Source of the DNA: an uncultured Acidobacteriaceae bacterium
Lineage (GTDB): Bacteria > Acidobacteriota > Terriglobia > Bryobacterales > Bryobacteraceae
NCBI GenBank assembly: GCA_963703035.1
Contig: OY969780.1
Span: forward strand, 969,644 to 1,033,643
Length of the DNA: 64,000 bases
Direction of reading: 5' to 3'
The stretch's first letter is position 1, and each line of letters starts with the position of its first letter. Of the stretch, positions 19,797 to 27,955 are shown piece after piece. The notes below the pieces were generated by a model. It ran no database searches, was not told where the DNA came from, and worked only from the letters and a program-made list of their open reading frames with translations. Made by a program: the position numbers and the translations under genes.

Positions 19797-20970
19797 TCAC
19801 CGCCTCCCCGCTCTTAATTTCCAAATCTTTGGTTGCCGGCTCGTCGCACGGGCGTGGCTCGAAGCCCTCGCTTGGCGTTTCAACCGCGCGCGGGTCTTCC
19901 AGGCCGTCTCGGTCTGGCAGTCTCAGCGCGAGCGCCAGCCCCGACCTGTACACCGGATGCGCGAAACCGTCCGGCGCCACATCCACGGCCGCGCCGATCG
20001 GCTCTGCCTCGGCCGCCATCACCGATCCCTCTACGATCATTCGTACGCGCTTCTTCTCGGTTGCCGGTCCCCGGCCGTTCTCTACGTAACCGCCGCGAAC
20101 GTCGGCCTCGTACGCGCCGGCCGCCCAATCGATGCGATCGCCCAACGCAGGCGAGTACAACGACAACAGCCAGTAAAGAGACGCTTCACTCCCCGTATCT
20201 GCCCTCGAGCTGCCGTTCTTCGGGGCGTGGCCCAGCTTCGGCAGAAATACATTCGGCCATCGTCCCTCTTGAAACTCGGGCGCTTCTGCCTGGCCCCAAC
20301 CAATCGTCCGCCGTCCTCCGAAACCGCTGTCCCCAAGCAGGCGAAATGCACCCCTCACCCGATCTTTCCAGACTGAAGCCACCCCCTCATCCGCGAATCT
20401 GGCGACCCCCCACAATCCCGAGCCCGGCTCAAACTCGATGCATCCGTGCGCGTCGACGTGCGCAGCACTTTGCGTTACGCGATCTACCGCCGCGCTGCTC
20501 CGTACGACCGTTCGGAATGGGCTTGCGTTGGGGCGATCCCGCCGCAACAAACAGCCGCTCTCGGCATCCGCAACCCATTGATCTGCCAGAACCGTTTCTC
20601 CTCTTAACATGGATTCAATGAGGCTGACCGGGACAAAACGTGCTGCCTTCCAGCGCACTTTTGTCAAAAACACCGGGCTTGACGTCGTTACTGATCCAGC
20701 CGTCGGCGGCCATAAGGTCGAAGGCGGTGTTGCAAACAACGTCTCAGCCTGATACGGAAAGAGCGAGCTGAATATGACTCCCGGTGCCGGCTTTCGCGCC
20801 GTCTCGTCTAACCACTCCTCTAAAAATCCCAAGTCCCGCATTGCGAGCGTGACTGCCGAATACAGCCGGTCGCTGCGGAATAGCGAGTCCACGCGATTCC
20901 GTCCGCCTTCTCCCGGACCGCTGCGCCACGCGCCGCGCGGCCGCAGCCGTATCAACATCGCCGGCTGCAT
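19786..20970 (-). CDS. csm4: Type III CRISPR RAMP protein Csm4 (Cas5)
   Basis: N-terminal FRSDRLYSAVTLAM (compare SDTLFSAL of Csm4/Cmr3), G-rich loop LGDSGFGGRRTIGWGQ, and YWLLSLYSP. Confidence 0.8.
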   Translation of the reverse strand: MQPAMLIRLRPRGAWRSGPGEGGRNRVDSLFRSDRLYSAVTLAMRDLGFLEEWLDETARKPAPGVIFSSLFPYQAETLFATPPSTLWPPTAGSVTTSSPVFLTKVRWKAARFVPVSLIESMLRGETVLADQWVADAESGCLLRRDRPNASPFRTVVRSSAAVDRVTQSAAHVDAHGCIEFEPGSGLWGVARFADEGVASVWKDRVRGAFRLLGDSGFGGRRTIGWGQAEAPEFQEGRWPNVFLPKLGHAPKNGSSRADTGSEASLYWLLSLYSPALGDRIDWAAGAYEADVRGGYVENGRGPATEKKRVRMIVEGSVMAAEAEPIGAAVDVAPDGFAHPVYRSGLALALRLPDRDGLEDPRAVETPSEGFEPRPCDEPATKDLEIKSGEAVSEV

Positions 20971-20973
20971 TTC

Positions 20974-21807
20974 TTACGCTAGTTTTTCGGCGAAATCGTC
21001 GCTGCCGGCCAATTGCTGCAGCGCCGGCAAGTCCGCGCTAGAAAGCAGCGTGCTCTCGTCCGCGCCCTTCGCGTAATAATCCTTGCTGCGCCACGTGAGT
21101 TTCAGGTCCGTAAGGCCGATGCGTCCACTACCCCGGCTCCCACCGCCTCCGAGAGCATCATCGGCCAGCAATCGCAACCCTTCCGCCACTCGCGCCAACA
21201 GCGGGCGGTCTTCGGGGCACAGCACATCCAGGACCATGCGAAAACGAAATCGTGCGCCGGCCGGAACGCGCTCGAGCGTGCGAGGATTCGCCTGTGACGT
21301 GATCCGGTCTACCGCGTTCTCGCTCTTCACTTCTGTCAATTCATCGTCGAGGTTCTCGCGCATTTGCGGCGTAATACTGTCCACCACAAGCGGCGCATCA
21401 TAAACTGTCAGCCGCGCCGGAGTCGCCATCCCGCCTTCAATCGCCTCTCCGGTCACCTTCTCTACGCGTCCCGGATTCCGCCCGAACAAAACGCAAATCT
21501 CATCGTCCGGCCGGTCGCTCTGATGAATTCGCACCTCCTGTCCTTTCCGCTTCGATAGATAGACCAACTCGCCCGGTACAGCCAGCCCCAGAGTCTGTTC
21601 GAGCAGCGAGCGCAACCGGCCACGCAATGAGCTGCCCGGTATATAGGGAATCCCGAACGCGTCCTTTATCACCGGATTGTCCGCGCCCCCAATCTCGAGC
21701 GACCCTTTTCCCGCGCCGATGTGCAATCCTGTCTGGCACTGAATCTCGCCTTCCAAAATCAGCTTGCCCAAAAATGTCAATTCCGTAGCTGCGCTATGAG
21801 AGCTCAT
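20974..21807 (-). CDS. csm3: Type III CRISPR backbone RNase Csm3 (Cas7)
   Basis: GLHIGAGKGSLEIGGADNPVIKDAFGIPYIPGSSLRGRLRS and C-terminal LGGGGSRGSGRI. Confidence 0.88.
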   Translation of the reverse strand: MSSHSAATELTFLGKLILEGEIQCQTGLHIGAGKGSLEIGGADNPVIKDAFGIPYIPGSSLRGRLRSLLEQTLGLAVPGELVYLSKRKGQEVRIHQSDRPDDEICVLFGRNPGRVEKVTGEAIEGGMATPARLTVYDAPLVVDSITPQMRENLDDELTEVKSENAVDRITSQANPRTLERVPAGARFRFRMVLDVLCPEDRPLLARVAEGLRLLADDALGGGGSRGSGRIGLTDLKLTWRSKDYYAKGADESTLLSSADLPALQQLAGSDDFAEKLA

Positions 21808-21831
21808 GCGTTATCAATCCTGTTCTGCGCC

Positions 21832-22398
21832 TTACTCGTTATACGCGATAATCGCTTCAAATAAATCCCGAAACCGCTCATACCCCCGCGTATCGTTTTT
21901 CCGCGTGACTTGCAGCAGCAGCCGCTCAAGCGCATCCAGGCTCCGCAGCGAATGCCGCGCAATCGTGTACGCAAGGCGCGCCCGCACCATCACAAACTCG
22001 TGCTGGCGTTCATTCTCCGGAGCCCGCGTCGCCCGCCGAACAGCGTTGTATAACCGCCGCAGCTGGCTCTTTGTACCCGAATCCATATCGCGCATCCGGC
22101 TCACCACCACGTGCGCCTGATTGTCCAGATACAAGCTGTCGTTGATCAGTTTTTCCAAATCGATCTCCGGTGGACCTTCGCCGCGCCGCTCACCTGCACC
22201 ACGCGGACCGCCTCCGAAACGTTGCTCCCGGCCGCGATCTCCAGGTCTATCACCGCCGCGCTCGCCTCGGCCGTCTCCTCCTCCTCGTTCCTGTGACCCG
22301 CGCTCGTTTCCTCTCGGGCCGCCTCCGCGGTTCTCGCGCGGCGGCCGATTCTCTGCGCCCTTGCGCTCTTCCGTCTTCTTCTCGTCAATCTCAGGCAT
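21832..22398 (-). CDS. csm2: Type III CRISPR small subunit Csm2 (Cas11) with RGG-rich N-terminal tail
   Basis: C-terminal helical half SQLRRLYNAVRR...ARLAYTIARH...FRDLFEAIIAYNE fits Csm2. Residues 1-80 are Arg/Gly/Glu low complexity. Confidence 0.72.
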   Translation of the reverse strand: MPEIDEKKTEERKGAENRPPRENRGGGPRGNERGSQERGGGDGRGERGGDRPGDRGREQRFGGGPRGAGERRGEGPPEIDLEKLINDSLYLDNQAHVVVSRMRDMDSGTKSQLRRLYNAVRRATRAPENERQHEFVMVRARLAYTIARHSLRSLDALERLLLQVTRKNDTRGYERFRDLFEAIIAYNE

Positions 22399-22432
22399 TT
22401 CAAATTCCTTTCTGCCAAACCAGCCGCTCTCA

Positions 22433-23911
22433 CTAGCTTCCGATTGCGAGACGCGCCCACTCCAATCCCACCCGCGCCGAAGCCCGCAGCTTGAAACCCG
22501 CCGTCTTCTTCCCTACCAGGTTTGTTATCACCGTGTTTCGGATATGGTTCAGCTCTTTCCCGCGCGCTTCCGGAATCACGCGCGAGAGCCGCATGGCCGT
22601 CCGCCAGGGCTTATCGACGCGAATCGCTTTATTGCTCCGGGTGGCACGCGCCGAAAAAGCCTCTCGATAAATCGCCGCCAAGTCATTGATGTACTCGGGC
22701 GAATATCCAAACTCCCGCACCAATCGCACCAGCCCCGCCTTCAGTTCTTCCGCATCGCCCAACCGCTTCCATTCGAGAGTTCTCCCGAATAAGTGAAACG
22801 TGCCGGCTTCTGTCGCCTTGGCCGCCCGCAATTGTGTCGCGGCTTCTTCAAACACCATCGCCGCCGGGCTATCAGCCTCGGGCGCAATCGCCAGCGCCAT
22901 GCTGATCGTCTTTCCTTCCAAGCTCGGAAATGCTTCGGCATGCTGCTCAATGAATTTCTTGAACAGCCGCTCAATTTCCTGCGCCAGCAGGGTCAGCGCA
23001 TCCCATGTCCCGATCAGCGCGAACTCCTCGCCGCCGCGATATAAGATCGTCACGTTGCGGAAGAAATCCGGCATCGTGCACAGCAGCGCCAGTTCGCCCG
23101 CGAAGAACTCCTTAGATGACGCCGAGAGCTGTATGTGCTCTTCAATCGACCCGGCGCCTTTCAACAACGCGTCGAACTGATCGACGTCACCCCGCAGCAC
23201 TCCCCATCGCGCGGCGCCTTCCGCTCGTTGCGCCAAATCCGGCAACGATGCCGGGCGAGCGCCACTGTCATCCATAGCGAACCGGCGCGGAAAGAGAATT
23301 GCCTCTTCATCCAACCCGGGCTGATCGATCAACCGCCAGACATGCTCTCCTTCATCCCAGCTAAGCTGTGCCGGAGCGCCGCTCGACCAGCCAACCTTCG
23401 ACGCAGAAATCAACTTCTCAGCAAAATGCCCAAAATAGCTCTCCGCATCGGGATCCCGCGCTTCCACAAACGTCGCGAAAAAGCCATCTGAGCCGTTCAT
23501 CGCCAGAGGCGTCGCAGCCTTCGCGAATAACGCATCATCAAGGCGTTTCCGAGCTACTGGCCACGCGCCCAAATTTTCGGTGCTCGCCCAAATCAACCGC
23601 AAAGCGCTCCCGGAAAGCTTCATCACAGCGCCACTCGCGCGTTCGAGAAACGCATTCGCACGCGGAATATCTTCTTCAGCGAGAACCAGAAGGAATTGTT
23701 CAGCGCTGCTCGATCCCAACAGCATTCGCGACAGCTTCAGTTCTGCCAACAGCGCTCGCGGCAGAACCTCGCAGAACAGTGTCAGCCACGCGCAACGGCC
23801 CATCAGATCAGCCGTCTGTTCAACCGCGCCGCCCAGCTGCCCGGAGGATCGTGCCGTCAGGAACTCTTCGGCGCCGAGCAGTTGAGCTTGCAGAAAAACT
23901 TGCAGCGACAT
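22433..23911 (-). CDS. cas10: Minimal Cas10/Csm1-like protein (492 aa; Palm/cyclase domain with GGEEF; no HD domain, no zinc finger)
   Basis: Motifs RWGVLRGDVDQFD, ILYRGGEEFALIGTWD, ISMALAIAP and AKATEAGTFHLFG follow the Cas10 Palm2 pattern. It is the first gene of the csm operon. No H-D dyad region or CxxC pairs are present. Confidence 0.72.
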   Translation of the reverse strand: MSLQVFLQAQLLGAEEFLTARSSGQLGGAVEQTADLMGRCAWLTLFCEVLPRALLAELKLSRMLLGSSSAEQFLLVLAEEDIPRANAFLERASGAVMKLSGSALRLIWASTENLGAWPVARKRLDDALFAKAATPLAMNGSDGFFATFVEARDPDAESYFGHFAEKLISASKVGWSSGAPAQLSWDEGEHVWRLIDQPGLDEEAILFPRRFAMDDSGARPASLPDLAQRAEGAARWGVLRGDVDQFDALLKGAGSIEEHIQLSASSKEFFAGELALLCTMPDFFRNVTILYRGGEEFALIGTWDALTLLAQEIERLFKKFIEQHAEAFPSLEGKTISMALAIAPEADSPAAMVFEEAATQLRAAKATEAGTFHLFGRTLEWKRLGDAEELKAGLVRLVREFGYSPEYINDLAAIYREAFSARATRSNKAIRVDKPWRTAMRLSRVIPEARGKELNHIRNTVITNLVGKKTAGFKLRASARVGLEWARLAIGS

Positions 23912-24029
23912 GAGACCAGGTCGTAGCGGCCCGCAACCTCGCGGGCTTGGCGTGTTCAGACGTGAATGCTTCCAAGCCTAACACACGGGCTTACCCCCGT
24001 CAGCCTTATCGTAAGAGACACTAGACTGC

Positions 24030-24929
24030 GTGCGCGGCCGGACCACTTTTATCACGCGGCATCCCGTCGTCAGCTATTTCGTGCTGACGTTCGCGGTCTC
24101 TTGGACAGCCGCGCTTTGTGTGGCGGCTCCCTATCTCATCCGCCAGGCCCCACTTCCGAAGCTGACCGGCATCCTAATGTTCCCGGCTATGCTTCTCGGC
24201 CCTAGTTTCGCGGGTATCATCTTGACCGGGATTGTAGACGGAAAACGCGGCTTGCGCGATCTCCTCTCCCGCTTATCGCTCGCGCGCATCGCAGGACGCT
24301 GGTACGCAGCTCTCCTGATCCCCCCGCTTCTGGTCCTGACCGTTCTCTTCTGTTTGACAGCCCTCGTATCTCCCGCTTACCGTCCCAATTTCTTTCTTAT
24401 GGGTGTCTTCTTCGGCGTCCCTGCGGGATTCGTTGAAGAAATCGGCTGGACAGGCTATCTGTTCCCCAAAATGGCTTCGCGGCACAATGCATTGGCTTCG
24501 AGCATCGGATTAGGATTGCTATGGAGCGCCTGGCATTTACCCGTCATCAATTTCCTGGGCGCCGCCACACCCCACGGTTCTTACTGGTTTCCGTTTTTCC
24601 TCGTATTTGCGGTAGCTATGACGGCCATGCGCGTGCTGATCTGCTGGATCTACACCAACACGAAGAGCGTCCTTATAGCGCAGCTCATGCATGTCAGCTC
24701 GACAGGCTCCCTGGTCGTGTTTAGCGCTCCGCGTGTGATACCAGCGCAAGAAGTCATATGGTACGGGCTTTACAGCGTTGCGCTATGGCTCACGGTCGGC
24801 ATCGTTATCAGACGTTACAGCAAGCGTCTAACGCGCCAGACGGCCCAGTGCGCCGCCTCGGGAGCAACTGAGATCAATGCCTCCACAGCGCCGCAGCAGC
24901 CTCTTGCACCCCCACCCGAAATCCGATAA
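24030..24929 (+). CDS. CPBP family intramembrane glutamic endopeptidase (CAAX protease/Abi)
   Basis: Polytopic membrane protein with motif 1 VEEIGWTGY and motif 2 LLWSAWHL. GTG start. Confidence 0.8.
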   Translation: MRGRTTFITRHPVVSYFVLTFAVSWTAALCVAAPYLIRQAPLPKLTGILMFPAMLLGPSFAGIILTGIVDGKRGLRDLLSRLSLARIAGRWYAALLIPPLLVLTVLFCLTALVSPAYRPNFFLMGVFFGVPAGFVEEIGWTGYLFPKMASRHNALASSIGLGLLWSAWHLPVINFLGAATPHGSYWFPFFLVFAVAMTAMRVLICWIYTNTKSVLIAQLMHVSSTGSLVVFSAPRVIPAQEVIWYGLYSVALWLTVGIVIRRYSKRLTRQTAQCAASGATEINASTAPQQPLAPPPEIR

Positions 24930-24964
24930 TGTAACGCAAGTACCTATCAAAATAGGAGCTACTC

Positions 24965-26119
24965 ATGCCCGATCCGGAAATAACCCCAGCAACCGCCGTC
25001 GCGCCCGTCTCTCCCGCGGTTCAGTTGGATGCCACTACGCCTGCCGAAAGCATGCTGTCACTGCTGCAATCGGCTTACGCAGCGTTTCAGCTGCAAAATG
25101 TCCCAAGTTCGAAACAGGTTGCCACTCTCGCCAAGGCGCTCTTTGACTCTGCCAAGGTCACCGCTTCGCCCGTCGAAGTTCTCGTCCTCGAACTGCTCAA
25201 AAATCAGGTATGTCTGTTCGAGCCCTTCACGAGAGCCGTCGTCCGGCAAGGAGAAGGTCGCTTCTCCGACGCCCTCAAAGAGATTGACACGGCGCTCCGC
25301 ATCGCCCAAGGATCCATCGCAAGCGTAGATCAGTACGCCCGCACGCCTGATCACGACGCGGATCTTATTGAAACCCTCCAGCCGACTTCGCAGTTGATGT
25401 TGATCCTCCTCAAAGGCTACAAAGCTACAATTCGCGCGGATGTTGTTGGCTTTCAAGGAAGGATTTCCGAGTATCTCGACCTCCTCAGGGAAGCCATAGC
25501 CGAGTTCAACAAGGGAAACGATCTTCCGCCCACCGACGATCCTTCTGTCCTGATGGTTGCTGGAATTGTCTCCAGCCTTGCTGATCGCCTCGAGACTCGC
25601 GTCAGGTTTTTCGAACTGACACCCGGACCGCCTCCGGCCGTGCCAACCGGAAAGAAAATCTTTCTCATTCACGGAAAGAACGAGGCGAAGCGGCGGGAAC
25701 TCGGCGACCTCCTGAAAGATAAACTAAATCAGCAAGTCGTCATTCTCGAAGACCAGCTCGACGCTGGAATGACGATTATCGAGAAATTCACGAAGTACGC
25801 ATCCGAGTGTTGCTATGCCTTTGCCTTGCTGACCCCCGATGATTTCGTCAAGAGCGGTGAGACTAGCATCTTTCAGGCGCGGCCCAACGTCCTGTTTGAG
25901 ATCGGCTGGTTTTACGGCAAATTCGGTCGCGATCGGGTGATGCTGGTTCTCCAGGAAGGAACCGATATCCCTTCTGATCTCAGCGGGATCGTATACGTCA
26001 AATTTAATGCTAGCGTCGGTGAGCAATTCCTGCGTTTCCAGGAAGAGCTCACACGTATCGGCCTCATTGGCCAGAAGCCCGCACGCAAGCCGCGCAGCCG
26101 CACCGCCGTCACGCAGTAA
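24965..26119 (+). CDS. TIR-like domain protein (CAP12/Pycsar-effector type TIR at the C-terminus, unassigned helical N-terminal domain)
   Basis: Residues about 230-350: KKIFLIHGKNE...AFALLTPDD...ARPNVLFEIGWFYGKFGRDRVMLVL...IPSDLSGIVY. This matches the pattern of the predicted nucleotide-binding TIR-like family. Confidence 0.75.
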   Translation: MPDPEITPATAVAPVSPAVQLDATTPAESMLSLLQSAYAAFQLQNVPSSKQVATLAKALFDSAKVTASPVEVLVLELLKNQVCLFEPFTRAVVRQGEGRFSDALKEIDTALRIAQGSIASVDQYARTPDHDADLIETLQPTSQLMLILLKGYKATIRADVVGFQGRISEYLDLLREAIAEFNKGNDLPPTDDPSVLMVAGIVSSLADRLETRVRFFELTPGPPPAVPTGKKIFLIHGKNEAKRRELGDLLKDKLNQQVVILEDQLDAGMTIIEKFTKYASECCYAFALLTPDDFVKSGETSIFQARPNVLFEIGWFYGKFGRDRVMLVLQEGTDIPSDLSGIVYVKFNASVGEQFLRFQEELTRIGLIGQKPARKPRSRTAVTQ

Positions 26120-26140
26120 AAACGCGGGATAATTCACCGA

Positions 26141-26899
26141 ATGATCATCTTCATCACAGGAGCCACAGCCGGTTTCGGAAGGGCCATGGCGCGTCGATTT
26201 GCACCCGACGGCGCGAAAATCATCGGAACCGGCCGGCGCAAGAACCGCCTCGAAGAACTCAAGCAGGAGCTCGGTACGAATTTTTGGCCGCTGCCCTTCG
26301 ATGTCGGTGATCGTAAGCAGGTCGAACGCGCCATATCGAGCTTGCCTCCCGAATTCGCCGCGGTCGATGTCCTGGTCAACAATGCGGGAGGCGCTCTCGG
26401 CCTCGATCCGGCTTATAAGGCGAATCTCGACGATTGGGACGCCATGGTCGATGCCAACGTGAAAGGTGTCCTCTATTGCACTCGCGCCCTGCTGCCCGGC
26501 ATGGTCGAACGCAACCGCGGGCACGTCATCAACATGGGCTCCTCAGCCGCCGAATGGCCCTATCCGGGCGGCAATGTCTACGGCGCAACCAAGGCGTTCG
26601 TCCATCAATTCAGCATGAACCTCCGCGCCGATCTGTTTGGAACCGAGGTTCGCGTCACCGACGTCCAGCCAGGTCTAGTCGCCGGCACTGAATTCTCTGA
26701 AGTGCGTTTCAAAGGCGATAAGAAGCGGGCGCAGTCGGTCTACGAAGGAACCCAACCATTAACTGCGGAGGACGTCGCCGAAACCGTGTATTGGGTTGCG
26801 ACCCGTCCTCCGCATTTCAACGTAAACACAATCCAGATCATGCCCGTCGGCCAAGCCTTCGGCCCCCTGCCCGTAAAGAAACAGAACCGGGAGCCGTAG
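26141..26899 (+). CDS. SDR family NADP-dependent oxidoreductase (YdfG-like)
   Basis: ITGATAGFG, NNAG and a YxxxK-type catalytic region (YGATKAF). Confidence 0.88.
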   Translation: MIIFITGATAGFGRAMARRFAPDGAKIIGTGRRKNRLEELKQELGTNFWPLPFDVGDRKQVERAISSLPPEFAAVDVLVNNAGGALGLDPAYKANLDDWDAMVDANVKGVLYCTRALLPGMVERNRGHVINMGSSAAEWPYPGGNVYGATKAFVHQFSMNLRADLFGTEVRVTDVQPGLVAGTEFSEVRFKGDKKRAQSVYEGTQPLTAEDVAETVYWVATRPPHFNVNTIQIMPVGQAFGPLPVKKQNREP

Positions 26900-26913
26900 C
26901 GACCGGAGCGCTT

Positions 26914-27945
26914 CTAAAAACTGCGCTGCGGCCGATACCCCGGCCGCGCCCGAATTTTATATTTCCGCATTGCATCCGGCGTCAGCTGAATGCTGATCCT
27001 GCGGAATCCCTCATTCGGGTTCGGTTGTGGATAGTAAGTAACTGTATAGCTATTCCCGAGATCTTCACGAATCAGCTCAAACGCTTCCACCTGCGTTTGC
27101 CACGTCTTCGCAAAATAGCTCTTCCCGCCCGTGGTCGCCGAAATACGCTTAAAAATTGAGCTCGATATCGGATCGTTCGTCACCGCGCTGGTCGAGATCA
27201 CATAAATCGGAATGCCTTCATCCTCAGCCACGGCGCGCACATCATCGGGCGCCACCATGCTCGCATTATCGGGTCCGTTAGAAAACACGATCACCACTTT
27301 TCGCCCCGGCACTCTTGCAGCGTCACGCAGCGTCAGCAGAAGACAATTGTAAAGAGCCGAATCGTCTCCTGCCACCGCCTTTCGCAACCCGGCAATCGCC
27401 GTTGAGCGGTCACGGCTCAGCGGAACAGCGCGGTTCAAGTTCCGGCTATACGTGTAAACAGCGATTGAATCGGCGCGATCCAAGCCGCGAATGAAATCGG
27501 CGATCGCATCCGATGCGTACACGAATCCCCGGTACATGTAGTTGCTCGTATCGAACAGAACAAACACATTCGTGCCCGTCATCGCATCCGACCGCAGGTC
27601 CACAACCCCCGGCCCCGGATTGCCGTTACCCACGTTTGCCCTTCCCGCAGGAAGCGGCTTGGTCTGCCCGTTGTCAAGCACCTGCATCGGCGCCCGCGTG
27701 CCTTCTGCGAACGTGGCCATTTTCTGCGGAATCTCGTCTTCGTATATTTTGAAGTCCGCCGGCTTCAGCCCGTTCACGTAATGACCCTTCTGGTCGGTAA
27801 CCGTGAAGCTCAGGACCACCATGTCCACCTTTACGTGAAAGGTAGTCTGATCCTGGTCTTGCGCCTGTACCCGGCCATGCATCCACACAGCCGCCCCGCA
27901 TCCCACCAACCCTATCGCCCCCAAAACACGCCCGAATCTCTTCAC
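26914..27945 (-). CDS. VWA domain protein (acidobacterial VWFA-related family), secreted
   Basis: Signal peptide, then FHVKVDMVVLSFTVTDQKGHYVNGLKPADFKIYEDE. vWA core VFVLFDTSNYM. Confidence 0.8.
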   Translation of the reverse strand: MKRFGRVLGAIGLVGCGAAVWMHGRVQAQDQDQTTFHVKVDMVVLSFTVTDQKGHYVNGLKPADFKIYEDEIPQKMATFAEGTRAPMQVLDNGQTKPLPAGRANVGNGNPGPGVVDLRSDAMTGTNVFVLFDTSNYMYRGFVYASDAIADFIRGLDRADSIAVYTYSRNLNRAVPLSRDRSTAIAGLRKAVAGDDSALYNCLLLTLRDAARVPGRKVVIVFSNGPDNASMVAPDDVRAVAEDEGIPIYVISTSAVTNDPISSSIFKRISATTGGKSYFAKTWQTQVEAFELIREDLGNSYTVTYYPQPNPNEGFRRISIQLTPDAMRKYKIRARPGYRPQRSF

Positions 27946-27955
27946 CTTGCCCTTC

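Noticed and set aside
19771-20621. Long plus-strand ORFs (201 and 262 aa) antisense to csm4, and similar ones at 22121-22792 and 23368-23913 antisense to csm2/cas10
   Set aside because: They are Arg/Pro/Ser-rich shadow frames of high-GC genes. They have no motifs, and the opposite strand has clear family signatures.
25724-26524. 266-aa minus-strand ORF spanning the TIR gene end and the SDR gene start
   Set aside because: It crosses an intergenic gap and two well-supported plus-strand genes, so it is a shadow frame.
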